Positions 8,588-17,848 of a stretch of DNA of 64,000 nucleotides are shown here, piece by piece. The notes beneath the pieces were generated by a model. That model made no database searches. It was given only the letters and a program-made list of their open reading frames with translations, and had not been told where the DNA came from. The position numbers were made by a program, and so were the translations under genes. The stretch covers positions 65,569 through 129,568 of the forward strand of contig JALHPE010000002.1 of NCBI GenBank assembly GCA_022842645.1, in the 5' to 3' direction. Positions within the stretch are counted from its first letter, which is position 1; the number at the start of each line of letters is the position of its first letter. This DNA is from Minisyncoccota bacterium. Lineage in GTDB: Bacteria; Patescibacteriota; Minisyncoccia; Phycocordibacterales; UBA2100.

Positions 8588-8616
8588 TTGACAGCTCTGC
8601 ATACACTTGATATAAG
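8588..8616 (+). promoter_or_regulatory. Sigma70-like promoter: -35 TTGACA, 17-nt spacer, -10 TATAAG; 15 nt upstream of the 8632 ATG (short or absent leader)
   Basis: Consensus hexamers read directly. Confidence 0.4.
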
Positions 8617-8631
8617 GTACATCATAGGAAT

Positions 8632-9672
8632 GTGCTCAAGTCAATTACGACCATGCAATCGTTTCAACCAAAATCAGTAACCAAAGACCTCGTGAACGGC
8701 CTTCCTGACCGCGTCCGGAAGGTGCTCGTTGACCGCTTCGGTCTCCAGGGAGGAGAGGGTAAAACGCTCGAATCTATCGGCAAGGAGTATGGCATTACCC
8801 GTGAGCGCATCCGTCAGATTGAAGGGAGCGGCCTTTCTGCTGTTCGTGAGTCAGATGCCTATACAGAGCATAGCCAAACCCTCGAAGAACTGAAACGGAC
8901 TATTGCGGATTTGGGGGGTATTCTTGCTGAGCATACTATTCTCGCGCATGTTCCGAAGAGTGACGCCGAGCGCAATCACGTGCTCTTTTTACTCACGGTA
9001 GGGCATCATTTCAACGATAAGCGCGAAACGCCCGATTTTCGCCGCCGTTGGCACGTGGATCAGGCACTTGCAGAGTCGGTTGAAGGAGCGCTCCAAGAGC
9101 TTTACGATGCGGTGGACGCCTCAACACTCCTTCCTGAAGACGAATTTCTTGATCTGTTTGGGAAGCACTTAAAGGAAGCAGGGGTAAAAATTCGTGAGGC
9201 AGAAACGATGCTTCGCTGGCTCCAGATTTCAAAGCGTCTTGGCAGGAACCCGCTCGGCGAGTGGGGGAGACTTGAAAGTCCGCATGTGCGCATAAAGAAT
9301 ACCCGTGATTTTGCATACCTTACGCTAAAGCGTCACGGCTCTCCGATGCATTTCACTGAGGTCGCAAAGGGTATTCGCGATCTCTTTAAAAAGAGCGCGC
9401 ATCCTGCAACGACGCACAACGAACTCATTAAAGACGGACGTTTTGTTCTTGTCGGGCGCGGACTCTACGCCCTCCAGGAGTGGGGATATGCTCCCGGGGT
9501 TGTCCGCGAAGTTATCAAGGGTGTGCTTTCACGCGATGGGGCACTTACGCGTGAAGATATTATCGATCGCGTTAAGCGTGAGCGCTATGTCAAAGACGCA
9601 ACCATTGTTGTGAATCTTCAGCACAGCGATTTCAAGCGGACGTCAGATGGTCGCTACACCCTCGGACGTTAA
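8632..9672 (+). CDS. Sigma-70 region-4-like HTH domain protein with unknown about 250-aa C-terminal domain
   Basis: 'TLESIGKEYGITRERIRQIE' matches sigma70 region 4 HTH; remainder unrecognised. Confidence 0.55.
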   Translation: MLKSITTMQSFQPKSVTKDLVNGLPDRVRKVLVDRFGLQGGEGKTLESIGKEYGITRERIRQIEGSGLSAVRESDAYTEHSQTLEELKRTIADLGGILAEHTILAHVPKSDAERNHVLFLLTVGHHFNDKRETPDFRRRWHVDQALAESVEGALQELYDAVDASTLLPEDEFLDLFGKHLKEAGVKIREAETMLRWLQISKRLGRNPLGEWGRLESPHVRIKNTRDFAYLTLKRHGSPMHFTEVAKGIRDLFKKSAHPATTHNELIKDGRFVLVGRGLYALQEWGYAPGVVREVIKGVLSRDGALTREDIIDRVKRERYVKDATIVVNLQHSDFKRTSDGRYTLGR

Positions 9673-9692
9673 CATACTAGATTTATAGACAC

Positions 9693-9720
9693 AGAGCGCC
9701 GCGCATTCGCGCGGCGCTCT
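9693..9720 (+). terminator. Hairpin AGAGCGCCGCGC-attc-GCGCGGCGCTCT
   Basis: 12-bp perfect stem 21 nt after stop. Confidence 0.5.
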
Positions 9721-9726
9721 GTTACA

Positions 9727-11190
9727 ATGGTCGCAATGGCTGAAGAAGCGCACAAGGGATCGCTTATTGATTCGCTGTTCGAGAAGGCCGCGCACTCGAT
9801 AGATAATCTTATTTCAGGAGGTCATGGCGGTCACGGAAGTGGTCACGAACACGGCTTTTTTCATGAGTTTGTTGAGGATCAAATTGGTGGGCGCGGCATT
9901 TCGCGTGGCACATTCCTCTGCGCATTGTTTCTCCCTCTCCTTGTCGCAGTAACCCTTCTCATTCCAGAGTTCCCACGCCTTATGCTTGGATGGATCGCTT
10001 TTGTATTTCCTGTTGCAGGACCAATTGCGTTCGGCTATGGGTTTTGGACATCCTGGATATGGTATGTGCAGTCCAACTTTATTTTTACACGCACCCGCCC
10101 GGTACTTCTTGAAGTAAAAATGCCGCAGGAGATCACCAAATCTCCTCGCGCCATGGAGCAGGTCTTTACGAACCTGTGGATTCGTATGAGTACGACGACC
10201 GTGATCGATCAATACTGGGGCGGTGGTGTCCTGCCATATTTTTCTTTCGAAATAGCCTCATTTGGCGGGCAAGTCCATTTTTATATTTGGTCGAGTAGAG
10301 ACATCCTGAAAAACATTATCGAGACAAATATGTATGCGCAGTATCCGGAAGTGGAAATTGTTGAGGTCGATGATTATGCGGTACGTTTTCATTACGATCA
10401 TCATGAGCATCAGGCGTTTGTGGGGGATTATGCACCAGAGGGGTATGGTATTGCTAAGCATAGCGAGCGGGTAAATGCGTATCCGATCAAGACCTACGTT
10501 GACTTCGAGCTCGATAAAGATCCGAAAGAAGAATTTAAAGTTGATCCACTGTCCTCCGTTCTTGAAGTGTTAAGTGCACTTAATCCTAATGAGCAAGCAT
10601 GGATCCAAATCGTCATACGCGGGCATTTCGGCAAGGGATGGAAAGAGGCAATTCTCGAGGAGATAAAAAAGATCCGACGAGAAGCATCGCTCAACCCAGG
10701 AAAAGAGGAGGCTGGGGAAGATGATGAGAAAAAATACGGCTTTCCTCGCCCAACCTGGCGCGAAACGGAACTTATTCGCTCAATGGAGCGCAATATGAGC
10801 AAGCTCCCGTTTGATTACGGGATGCGAATGGTTTACCTCGCACCGCGTGGCAAACTTCGTGGAGGGGAATACAGCGCCATCCGCTGGATCTGGCGTCCCT
10901 ACGGTAACCCCAACTTCCAAGTCTACATTCGCCCGCGCCATGCTCACAACGATTTCGATTGGCCCTGGCAGGATTTCCGTGGTATCCGCGAAGAGCACGA
11001 AACCCACCGCTATCTCGATGCCTATCGCCGTCGTCAGGTGTTCTATGCTCCCTGGAAAGCGTGGTGGAATACGACGAGCCCTGAAGTCTTGGCAACACTC
11101 TGGCACCCGCCATCGAGCACCGTGCAAGCACCAGGACTTCAGCGCATTCCTTCATCGAAAGCAGAACCACCACCCAACCTTCCACTCTAA
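9727..11190 (+). CDS. Hypothetical membrane protein, His/Gly-rich N-terminus, 2 TM, large soluble domain
   Basis: 'GGHGGHGSGHEHGFFHEF' metal-binding-like stretch, two hydrophobic helices, 'HYDHHEHQ'; no family recognised. Confidence 0.5.
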   Translation: MVAMAEEAHKGSLIDSLFEKAAHSIDNLISGGHGGHGSGHEHGFFHEFVEDQIGGRGISRGTFLCALFLPLLVAVTLLIPEFPRLMLGWIAFVFPVAGPIAFGYGFWTSWIWYVQSNFIFTRTRPVLLEVKMPQEITKSPRAMEQVFTNLWIRMSTTTVIDQYWGGGVLPYFSFEIASFGGQVHFYIWSSRDILKNIIETNMYAQYPEVEIVEVDDYAVRFHYDHHEHQAFVGDYAPEGYGIAKHSERVNAYPIKTYVDFELDKDPKEEFKVDPLSSVLEVLSALNPNEQAWIQIVIRGHFGKGWKEAILEEIKKIRREASLNPGKEEAGEDDEKKYGFPRPTWRETELIRSMERNMSKLPFDYGMRMVYLAPRGKLRGGEYSAIRWIWRPYGNPNFQVYIRPRHAHNDFDWPWQDFRGIREEHETHRYLDAYRRRQVFYAPWKAWWNTTSPEVLATLWHPPSSTVQAPGLQRIPSSKAEPPPNLPL

Positions 11191-11198
11191 AACTACGC

Positions 11199-12236
11199 AT
11201 GCAACCACTTCTTACTTCGCTTACAAAAATCCAAGCGTTTACCCTCCGCTTGGGCGAACGATTGGCGAACGATTGGCGAGAACACGCCAATCGCCGCTCA
11301 TTATTTATCATTGCATTTTTAGGTGCAACTCTTCTTGCGGGGTATACATTTTTTATTGCCCCTCCGGCCTATTTTCCTACGGGGAAGTTAATTGCTGTTC
11401 CTGAGGGAGCCTCGGCGCGTAGTATTGGAGAACTCCTGAAAGAACAGGGAGTTGTACGAAGTGGCGTTGCGTTTTCAATCGCAACAACGATTCTTGGGGC
11501 CGATCGCGGTGTGCGAGCAGGAGACTATGTATTCAAGGAGCCAAAAGACCTTTTTGCGGTTGCGCGCGCTATTACCACAGGTGCTTTTGGTTTGGAGCCG
11601 GTTCGTATTCGCATTGCCGAGGGTGCAACCACAGCAGAAATGGCACTACTGTTTGATACTCAGCTTGAGCGTTTTGATGCAGAAGCGTTTAAAAAACTAG
11701 CACAGCCACACGAAGGATTTTTATTTCCTGATACATACTTTTTCTTGCCGAACGCAAATGAGACAGTTGTGTTTGATGCGCTTCGGCAAAATTTCGATTC
11801 AAACATTGCCACGCTGGCCGGAGATATCGAACGTTCGAAACGCTCGCTGACAGAGATTGTCATTATGGCTTCTCTTCTTGAAGAAGAGGCATTTGATTAT
11901 CAGGATCGTCGTCGCATTGCGGGGGTCTTGTGGCGTCGACTCGATATCAATATGCCCCTCCAGGTAGACGCGGCGTTTCTCTATTCTATCGGGAGAACAA
12001 CTTTTGACCTCACAACGAAAGATCTCACCAACAAAGAGGACCCCTATAACACCTATGCGAATAAAGGTCTGCCACCGGGTGCCATAGGCTCTCCCTCACT
12101 TGAGGCGCTGAAAGCCGCGGTCAATCCGATTGATGAAGGGTATCTTTTTTATCTTGCCGATATGAATTTTGATACACATTTCTCGAAGACGTATGAGGAG
12201 CATTTGAGGAAGAAGAGGTTGTATTTGGGCACCTAA
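11199..12236 (+). CDS. mltG: Endolytic murein transglycosylase MltG (YceG-like)
   Basis: N-terminal TM, YceG fold motifs including 'YNTYANKGLPPGAIGSP'. Confidence 0.85.
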   Translation: MQPLLTSLTKIQAFTLRLGERLANDWREHANRRSLFIIAFLGATLLAGYTFFIAPPAYFPTGKLIAVPEGASARSIGELLKEQGVVRSGVAFSIATTILGADRGVRAGDYVFKEPKDLFAVARAITTGAFGLEPVRIRIAEGATTAEMALLFDTQLERFDAEAFKKLAQPHEGFLFPDTYFFLPNANETVVFDALRQNFDSNIATLAGDIERSKRSLTEIVIMASLLEEEAFDYQDRRRIAGVLWRRLDINMPLQVDAAFLYSIGRTTFDLTTKDLTNKEDPYNTYANKGLPPGAIGSPSLEALKAAVNPIDEGYLFYLADMNFDTHFSKTYEEHLRKKRLYLGT

Positions 12237-12255
12237 CTTAGTAGTGTGTCGTTAT

Positions 12256-13269
12256 ATGAAGGTGTACGTCGGTCTCTCGGGGGGCGTTGATAGTGCGGTT
12301 TCGGCTGCGCTTCTGAAAGAACAAGGCCACCAGGTTATTGGTGCTTTCATCAAGATCTGGCGACCAGAATTCATTGAGTGTCCGTGGCAAAAAGAACGAC
12401 TTGATGCAATGCGTGTGTGCGCATACCTCGGTATTCCATTCAAAGAGATAGATTTATCCGAAGAATACAAAAAAGCCGTCATTGATGATTTGGTCGAACA
12501 GTACGCACATGGTGCAACGCCGAATCCCGATGTGCTCTGCAATCGTCATATCAAGTTTGGTGCATTCAAAGAGTGGGCGTTTCGTGAGGGGGCAGAAAAA
12601 ATAGCAACGGGTCACTATGCACGTACCGACGGCGTCCACCTTATGCGTGGCAAAGACACTAACAAAGATCAGAGTTATTTTTTGTGGCAGCTCACGCGTG
12701 ATGATCTTGCAAAAACAATCTTTCCTGTCGGAGAATATACAAAACCAGACGTGCGCGCACTCGCCGAGCAGTTCAACCTTCCTGTGGCACGAAAACACGA
12801 TAGCCAAGGGCTCTGCTTTGTGGGCGATGTGTCCATGGAAGAATTTCTCGCACGCTATCTTCCTCTAGAAAAAGGTGTAGTGCTCGACGAGTCTGGTGTC
12901 GTGATTGGTGAACATGATGGTGCGGCGTTGTATACACCGGGTAAGCGTCATGGATTCCGTGTTAATCATCCCTCTGCAGAGCGGACAGCGCTCTATGTGA
13001 TTGCTGTCGATACAAAAGCGAACACTATTAGTGTCGCTCCGTCACTCGAGAGTGCGTACGTGCATGAGGTTAGATTGCGTGCGTCTCATTGGATATCTGA
13101 TCCTGCGGAGAAAGTAGTGTCTGCACAAACACGGTATCGCGAAACTCCCATTCACTGTCGCATCGAAGGAGATAAGGTGTTTTTTGAAGAAAGGCACCTT
13201 GCTCCACGTGGACAATCACTCGTCGTATATGATGGTGACAAACTTATTGGTGGCGGAATTATTACGTAA
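12256..13269 (+). CDS. mnmA: tRNA-specific 2-thiouridylase MnmA
   Basis: PP-loop 'VGLSGGVDSAV', catalytic Cys, conserved MnmA C-terminal barrel; start at 'MKVYVGLSGG'. Confidence 0.9.
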   Translation: MKVYVGLSGGVDSAVSAALLKEQGHQVIGAFIKIWRPEFIECPWQKERLDAMRVCAYLGIPFKEIDLSEEYKKAVIDDLVEQYAHGATPNPDVLCNRHIKFGAFKEWAFREGAEKIATGHYARTDGVHLMRGKDTNKDQSYFLWQLTRDDLAKTIFPVGEYTKPDVRALAEQFNLPVARKHDSQGLCFVGDVSMEEFLARYLPLEKGVVLDESGVVIGEHDGAALYTPGKRHGFRVNHPSAERTALYVIAVDTKANTISVAPSLESAYVHEVRLRASHWISDPAEKVVSAQTRYRETPIHCRIEGDKVFFEERHLAPRGQSLVVYDGDKLIGGGIIT

Positions 13270-13316
13270 CCCACAGCTTCGTCTCGTAGTGCGCGTGCGC
13301 GCGTTATACTACCTTT

Positions 13317-14189
13317 GTGTCATATGTTCTTATAACAAAAGCTGATGGTGAGCGGGAACCATTTGATCCGCACAAGCTCAACGCATCTCTTCTGCATGCT
13401 GGAGCCTCTGCGCCCGCGCGAGAACATATTTTGGAGCGAATACAAAAAGAACTGCGCGAGGGTATGCGGACCGAAGATATTTATAGCCATGCCTTTGAGT
13501 ATTTGCGTGAAGAAGAGGCGCCCGCTGTTGCTGCGCGGTACTCGGTAAAGCGTGCAATTTTTGCACTCGGTCCCTCAGGATTCCCATTTGAACAATTTTT
13601 GGGAGAAGTACTGCGCGCGCACGGATGGCGTACTAAAACCGGTGTGGCAATGACCGGGCGTTGCGCCCCGCATGAAGTGGACGTGCTTGCAGAGAAAGAT
13701 GGACGGCGTATCGGTATTGAAGCAAAATTTCACAATGAAGCAGGAGGAAAAACAGATATTAAAGACGCCCTGTATGTGAAGGCGCGATTCGAAGATTTGG
13801 CGCGTGCACCCGAATCCTCTATGCGTGTTGATGAAGGATGGCTTGTTACAAACACACGCTTCACACGGAATGCAATTCGGTATGCACGGTGTTCAAACCT
13901 AACGCTCTTGGGGTGGGATTATCCAATGAACAGAGGGCTTCGCACGATGATAGAAACGGCGCGAGTACATCCACTCACTGCGCTCACCACACTTCATGAT
14001 GGTGAAAAGCGTCAACTGCTTGAGAATAATATTGTGCTCTGCAAAAGCGTGCAGGCAAAACATGTGCTCGAGGAGTATGGCGTGAAGCCTGCCCGTATTC
14101 CTGCAATTCTTGAAGAAGCCCGCTATCTCTGCGCGCCTGAGGCTACTGTCTCGCAATTCACACCTCAGGCAGTGGGCGTGCGTGCCTAG
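13317..14189 (+). CDS. ATP-cone domain fused to PD-(D/E)XK (Mrr-like) restriction-endonuclease-fold domain
   Basis: N-terminal ATP-cone pattern (LITKADGEREPFDPHKL...); central 'VDVLAEKDGRRIGIEAKF' gives D...E-A-K nuclease motif. Confidence 0.65.
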   Translation: MSYVLITKADGEREPFDPHKLNASLLHAGASAPAREHILERIQKELREGMRTEDIYSHAFEYLREEEAPAVAARYSVKRAIFALGPSGFPFEQFLGEVLRAHGWRTKTGVAMTGRCAPHEVDVLAEKDGRRIGIEAKFHNEAGGKTDIKDALYVKARFEDLARAPESSMRVDEGWLVTNTRFTRNAIRYARCSNLTLLGWDYPMNRGLRTMIETARVHPLTALTTLHDGEKRQLLENNIVLCKSVQAKHVLEEYGVKPARIPAILEEARYLCAPEATVSQFTPQAVGVRA

Positions 14190-14204
14190 CGTATACTGCG
14201 TCGT

Positions 14205-14660
14205 ATGAACGAGATTGTGATGTTTGGCCAACTTTTCCTCGCAGCATTCTTGGGTCTTGTTGTGGGCACAGAGCGTGCGCTTGTTGCGAAACAGTCGGCA
14301 GGCATGCGCACGTTTGCACTGGTTTCTCTCGGTTCGTGCCTTTTTACACTCGCGGGGATTGCTGTTGGCGGCGAATATTTAGGCTATGTAAACTTTGATC
14401 CGACACGAGTGATGTCAGCGATTGTACAAGGAGTCGGCTTCATCGGTGCCGGGCTCATGTTTGTCCAGGGGAATTCCGTCCACGGCATCACTACAGCTGC
14501 GGGGCTGTGGGTTTCAGCAGCGCTCGGCGTGCTTGTTGCAACCGGCCTCTATCCGCTCGCAATTTTTGCAGCAGCACTAACCCTCCTTATCTTCTTTGGT
14601 CTTTGGCACGTCGAGCATGTATTTAAAGTCTGGTATCACGGAGGGAGTGACGATGAATAG
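14205..14660 (+). CDS. MgtC/SapB family membrane protein
   Basis: Typical MgtC N-terminal TM domain (about 150 aa, 'LGLVVGTERA'). Confidence 0.8.
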   Translation: MNEIVMFGQLFLAAFLGLVVGTERALVAKQSAGMRTFALVSLGSCLFTLAGIAVGGEYLGYVNFDPTRVMSAIVQGVGFIGAGLMFVQGNSVHGITTAAGLWVSAALGVLVATGLYPLAIFAAALTLLIFFGLWHVEHVFKVWYHGGSDDE

Positions 14661-14695
14661 TCGGCGTTGTAAACAACGAATGATATAATTGCGCG

Positions 14696-15493
14696 ATGAG
14701 TGAGTACTATAAGCCGGATCGCAAGCCGGACTGGAACTATGGCGGCCCACGCTGGCGTCTTTCGCGCTCCAAGATCGACCTCTTCGTTGAATGCCCGCGC
14801 TGTTTTTACATCGATAACAAACTTGGCACGGCCCGCCCGCCCGGATTCCCGTTTGCCTTAAACAGTGCCGTAGATGCACTTCTCAAAAAAGAATTCGACA
14901 TTCATCGTGTGGAGAAAAGTGCGCATCCCCTTATGGAGCAGTACGGTATTGATGCGGTACCGTTCGAACATGCGCAGATAGACGTATGGCGCGAAAATTT
15001 CAAAGGTATTGATTACAAACATTCGGCAACAGGTTTTACTGTTTCTGGTGCCATCGACGATGTGTGGGTGACACCCAAAGGCGATCTTCATATCGTGGAT
15101 TACAAATCGACCAGCAAAGACGAAAAGATCGAAGTGTTGGACAAAGATTGGCACGATGGCTACAAGCGTCAGATGGAAGTGTATCAATGGCTTTTCCGCA
15201 GAAATGGATTCACAGTTTCAGATACAGGCTATTTTGTGTATGCAAATGCCGGGAAAGATAAAAAAGCATTTGATGGTGTGCTGGAATTTGAAATAACCAT
15301 CGTGCCGCACAAGGGAAATGATTCTTGGGTTGAACCCACGCTTCTCAAAATTAAAGAATGTTTGGACAGCGAAGCGATTCCAAAACCTGGGGACGACTGC
15401 GATTACTGCATCTATCGCGAAATGGTGGGTAAAAAACTCCAGGCATTCATGCCGGGCACTAAGAAGGCGGGGCAAGGCACTCTCGGGTTATGA
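14696..15493 (+). CDS. Cas4/RecB-like PD-(D/E)XK nuclease with predicted Fe-S cysteines
   Basis: N-terminal 'CPRC', motif II 'GAIDDVWV', motif III 'HIVDYKST', C-terminal 'CDYC'. Confidence 0.6.
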   Translation: MSEYYKPDRKPDWNYGGPRWRLSRSKIDLFVECPRCFYIDNKLGTARPPGFPFALNSAVDALLKKEFDIHRVEKSAHPLMEQYGIDAVPFEHAQIDVWRENFKGIDYKHSATGFTVSGAIDDVWVTPKGDLHIVDYKSTSKDEKIEVLDKDWHDGYKRQMEVYQWLFRRNGFTVSDTGYFVYANAGKDKKAFDGVLEFEITIVPHKGNDSWVEPTLLKIKECLDSEAIPKPGDDCDYCIYREMVGKKLQAFMPGTKKAGQGTLGL

Positions 15494-15753
15494 AAACCTT
15501 TGCCGACAAAATCCGCGACGTGGTACGAAAAATTCCAAAAGGAAGGACAATGACTTATGCAGAAGTTGCGCGTAAAGCGGGGAATTCAAAAGCAGCGCGT
15601 GCCGTTGGTGCTGTCATGCGTGCAAATAAAAATTACAAAGAGATTCCGTGTCATCGGGTAATTTGCTCCGACGGTAGTCTAGGAAACTACAATCGTCCCG
15701 GTGGAACTGCGACAAAACGAAAAATACTACAAAAAGAGGGTGCATTAAAATGA
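15490..15753 (+). CDS. MGMT-family protein, C-terminal DNA-binding/alkyl-acceptor domain only (Cys retained in PCHRV)
   Basis: 'PCHRVICSDGSLGNY' signature; ATGA overlap with upstream nuclease gene. Confidence 0.75.
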   Translation: MKTFADKIRDVVRKIPKGRTMTYAEVARKAGNSKAARAVGAVMRANKNYKEIPCHRVICSDGSLGNYNRPGGTATKRKILQKEGALK

Positions 15754-15804
15754 CACGAACTGGTGTTTTGTCAATATCCGTGGGCGAGTGCTAGAGTACG
15801 CCCG

Positions 15805-17838
15805 ATGCAAAGGAAGCGCACTCTTGGGGCTCCTCTTCCTGCGGCAAAGCCGCAGGTTTTTACTCTACACGGGAGAAAATGGACCGATGAATATCGCTGG
15901 CTCCAAAAAGCAGATGATCCCGAAGTTCTCTCATACCTGAAAGCTGAAAATGCGTATGCCGAAAAGGCCCTTGCTCCTGCACAGCGTCTCCAAGCAAAAC
16001 TTTACAAAGAAATTCGTTCTCGGGTGAAAGAAAACGACATGTCGGTGCCGGTGAAAGACGGTCCTTATTTCTATTACAGTCGTACAAAGAAGGGTAGAGA
16101 GTATGCGATTCATTGCCGGAAGCGCGGTGAGCGCGGGAAGGAAGAAGTTATTCTTGATGAAAATGAACTTGCCAAAGGATCGGATTATTTTTCGCTTGGC
16201 GCCAGTTCCATTTCCCCAGACCACACACTTCTTGCCTACACGACAGACACAAAAGGTGCGGAAGACCACACGCTCTTCATAAAAAATCTCGCCACGGGCG
16301 AACTCCTCGCCGATCGTATTGAATCGGTTGGGGATATCGAGTGGTCGGAAGATGGTGCGTATCTTTTTTATACGCAGGAAGAACATCCGCATCCTCCGCG
16401 CAAAGTATTCCGCCACCTGCTCGGTTCGTCTAAACCCGACATTCTTATTTTTGACGAGAAGGATCTCCAGTGGTATGTCGGCCTGGGCAAAAGTCGCAGC
16501 AAAAAATATATCTTTATCGGTGGGGGAAACTACACGACGAGCGAGGTGCGCTTTCTGAAAGCCGACGCGCCACTCGAAGCGCCGCGTCTTATCGCAAAAC
16601 GCACGCCTAAAGTACGCTACTCAGTCGAACATCATGGTGATTTTTTCTACATCGCCACCAACGAGCGCGCAGTGAATTTCAAGATAATGCGCACACCTGT
16701 CGAGAAGCCTGACAAGAAACAGTGGGAGACGTGGCTTCCGCATACCCTCAAACGCTCGGTTGTCGGCTTTACGCCGTTTAAAAAATTCCTTGTCCTTACG
16801 ATCCGCGAAGAGGGCTCTGAGGAAATTTATATTTCAACACCCGAAGGCGAGCGTGAGAAAGTGGTGTTTTCTGAAGACGGACACACCATCTCGCTCTGGG
16901 GAGACATGGAATACGAGTCTCCATTCATCCGCATCACGTACGATTCCTTTATCACGCCGAAAACAGCATTTGATTACGACGTTGAAAAAAAGACGTTCAC
17001 GGTGCGTAAACGCCAAGAGGTGCCGTACTACCACAAGAGTAATTTTCTCTCCAAGCGTATCTGGGTAAAAAATGGTGATGTAAAGATCCCCGTCGTCCTT
17101 GCCTACAAGAAAAACGTGAAGAAAAAAGCGCCACTTCTTCTTGAGGCGTACGGCTCCTACGGGATCACGAACGACCCGCATTTCTCCGTCGCGCGCCTCT
17201 CTCTTCTTGAGCGCGGGTGGGTGATTGCGGTTGCGCATCCGCGTGGCGGAGGAGAAATGGGCTGGCATTGGCATAAAGAAGCACATCTCCTGACTAAACA
17301 CCGCACAGGAGAGGACTTCATCGCCGTTGCGAAAAAACTCGTCAAAGATGACTACACGACACGTGAGCGTCTTGCAATTACCGGTGGCTCCGCAGGCGGT
17401 ATGCTTATGGGGCAGGTCTTAAACAAAAATCCAGAACTCTTTGGCGCAGCGGTTTCCTATGTTCCAGCGGCAGATCTCATCACCTCACTTCTCGATGAAA
17501 GCCTTGGAGGAACACGCCTCCACTACGATGAAATCGGAAATCCACGTATTCCACGCCACTTCCGCTACATCTTTAAACAATCGCCGTATGAAAACGTGCG
17601 CGCAGTCGCGTACCCACCAATTCTCGTGCGCGCATCAATGCATGACATTCGCACGCCATACTGGGAAGCTGCGAAGTGGGTTGCGCGCCTTCGCGCGAAG
17701 AAGACTGATACAAATCCACTACTCTTTAAAGTGGAAACCGACGGGGGACATTTTGGCAAAAGCGGGCGCTACGAGTGGATCAAGCACCGAGCGTTTGATT
17801 ATGCATTCCTCCTGGAAACGATGAAGAAAAGGAGCTAG
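15805..17838 (+). CDS. ptrB: Prolyl oligopeptidase-family serine peptidase (oligopeptidase B-like, S9A)
   Basis: Beta-propeller N-terminal region, 'GGSAGGMLMG' nucleophile elbow, catalytic D and H downstream; start could be 15763. Confidence 0.8.
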   Translation: MQRKRTLGAPLPAAKPQVFTLHGRKWTDEYRWLQKADDPEVLSYLKAENAYAEKALAPAQRLQAKLYKEIRSRVKENDMSVPVKDGPYFYYSRTKKGREYAIHCRKRGERGKEEVILDENELAKGSDYFSLGASSISPDHTLLAYTTDTKGAEDHTLFIKNLATGELLADRIESVGDIEWSEDGAYLFYTQEEHPHPPRKVFRHLLGSSKPDILIFDEKDLQWYVGLGKSRSKKYIFIGGGNYTTSEVRFLKADAPLEAPRLIAKRTPKVRYSVEHHGDFFYIATNERAVNFKIMRTPVEKPDKKQWETWLPHTLKRSVVGFTPFKKFLVLTIREEGSEEIYISTPEGEREKVVFSEDGHTISLWGDMEYESPFIRITYDSFITPKTAFDYDVEKKTFTVRKRQEVPYYHKSNFLSKRIWVKNGDVKIPVVLAYKKNVKKKAPLLLEAYGSYGITNDPHFSVARLSLLERGWVIAVAHPRGGGEMGWHWHKEAHLLTKHRTGEDFIAVAKKLVKDDYTTRERLAITGGSAGGMLMGQVLNKNPELFGAAVSYVPAADLITSLLDESLGGTRLHYDEIGNPRIPRHFRYIFKQSPYENVRAVAYPPILVRASMHDIRTPYWEAAKWVARLRAKKTDTNPLLFKVETDGGHFGKSGRYEWIKHRAFDYAFLLETMKKRS

Positions 17839-17848
17839 TATTCGTGAG

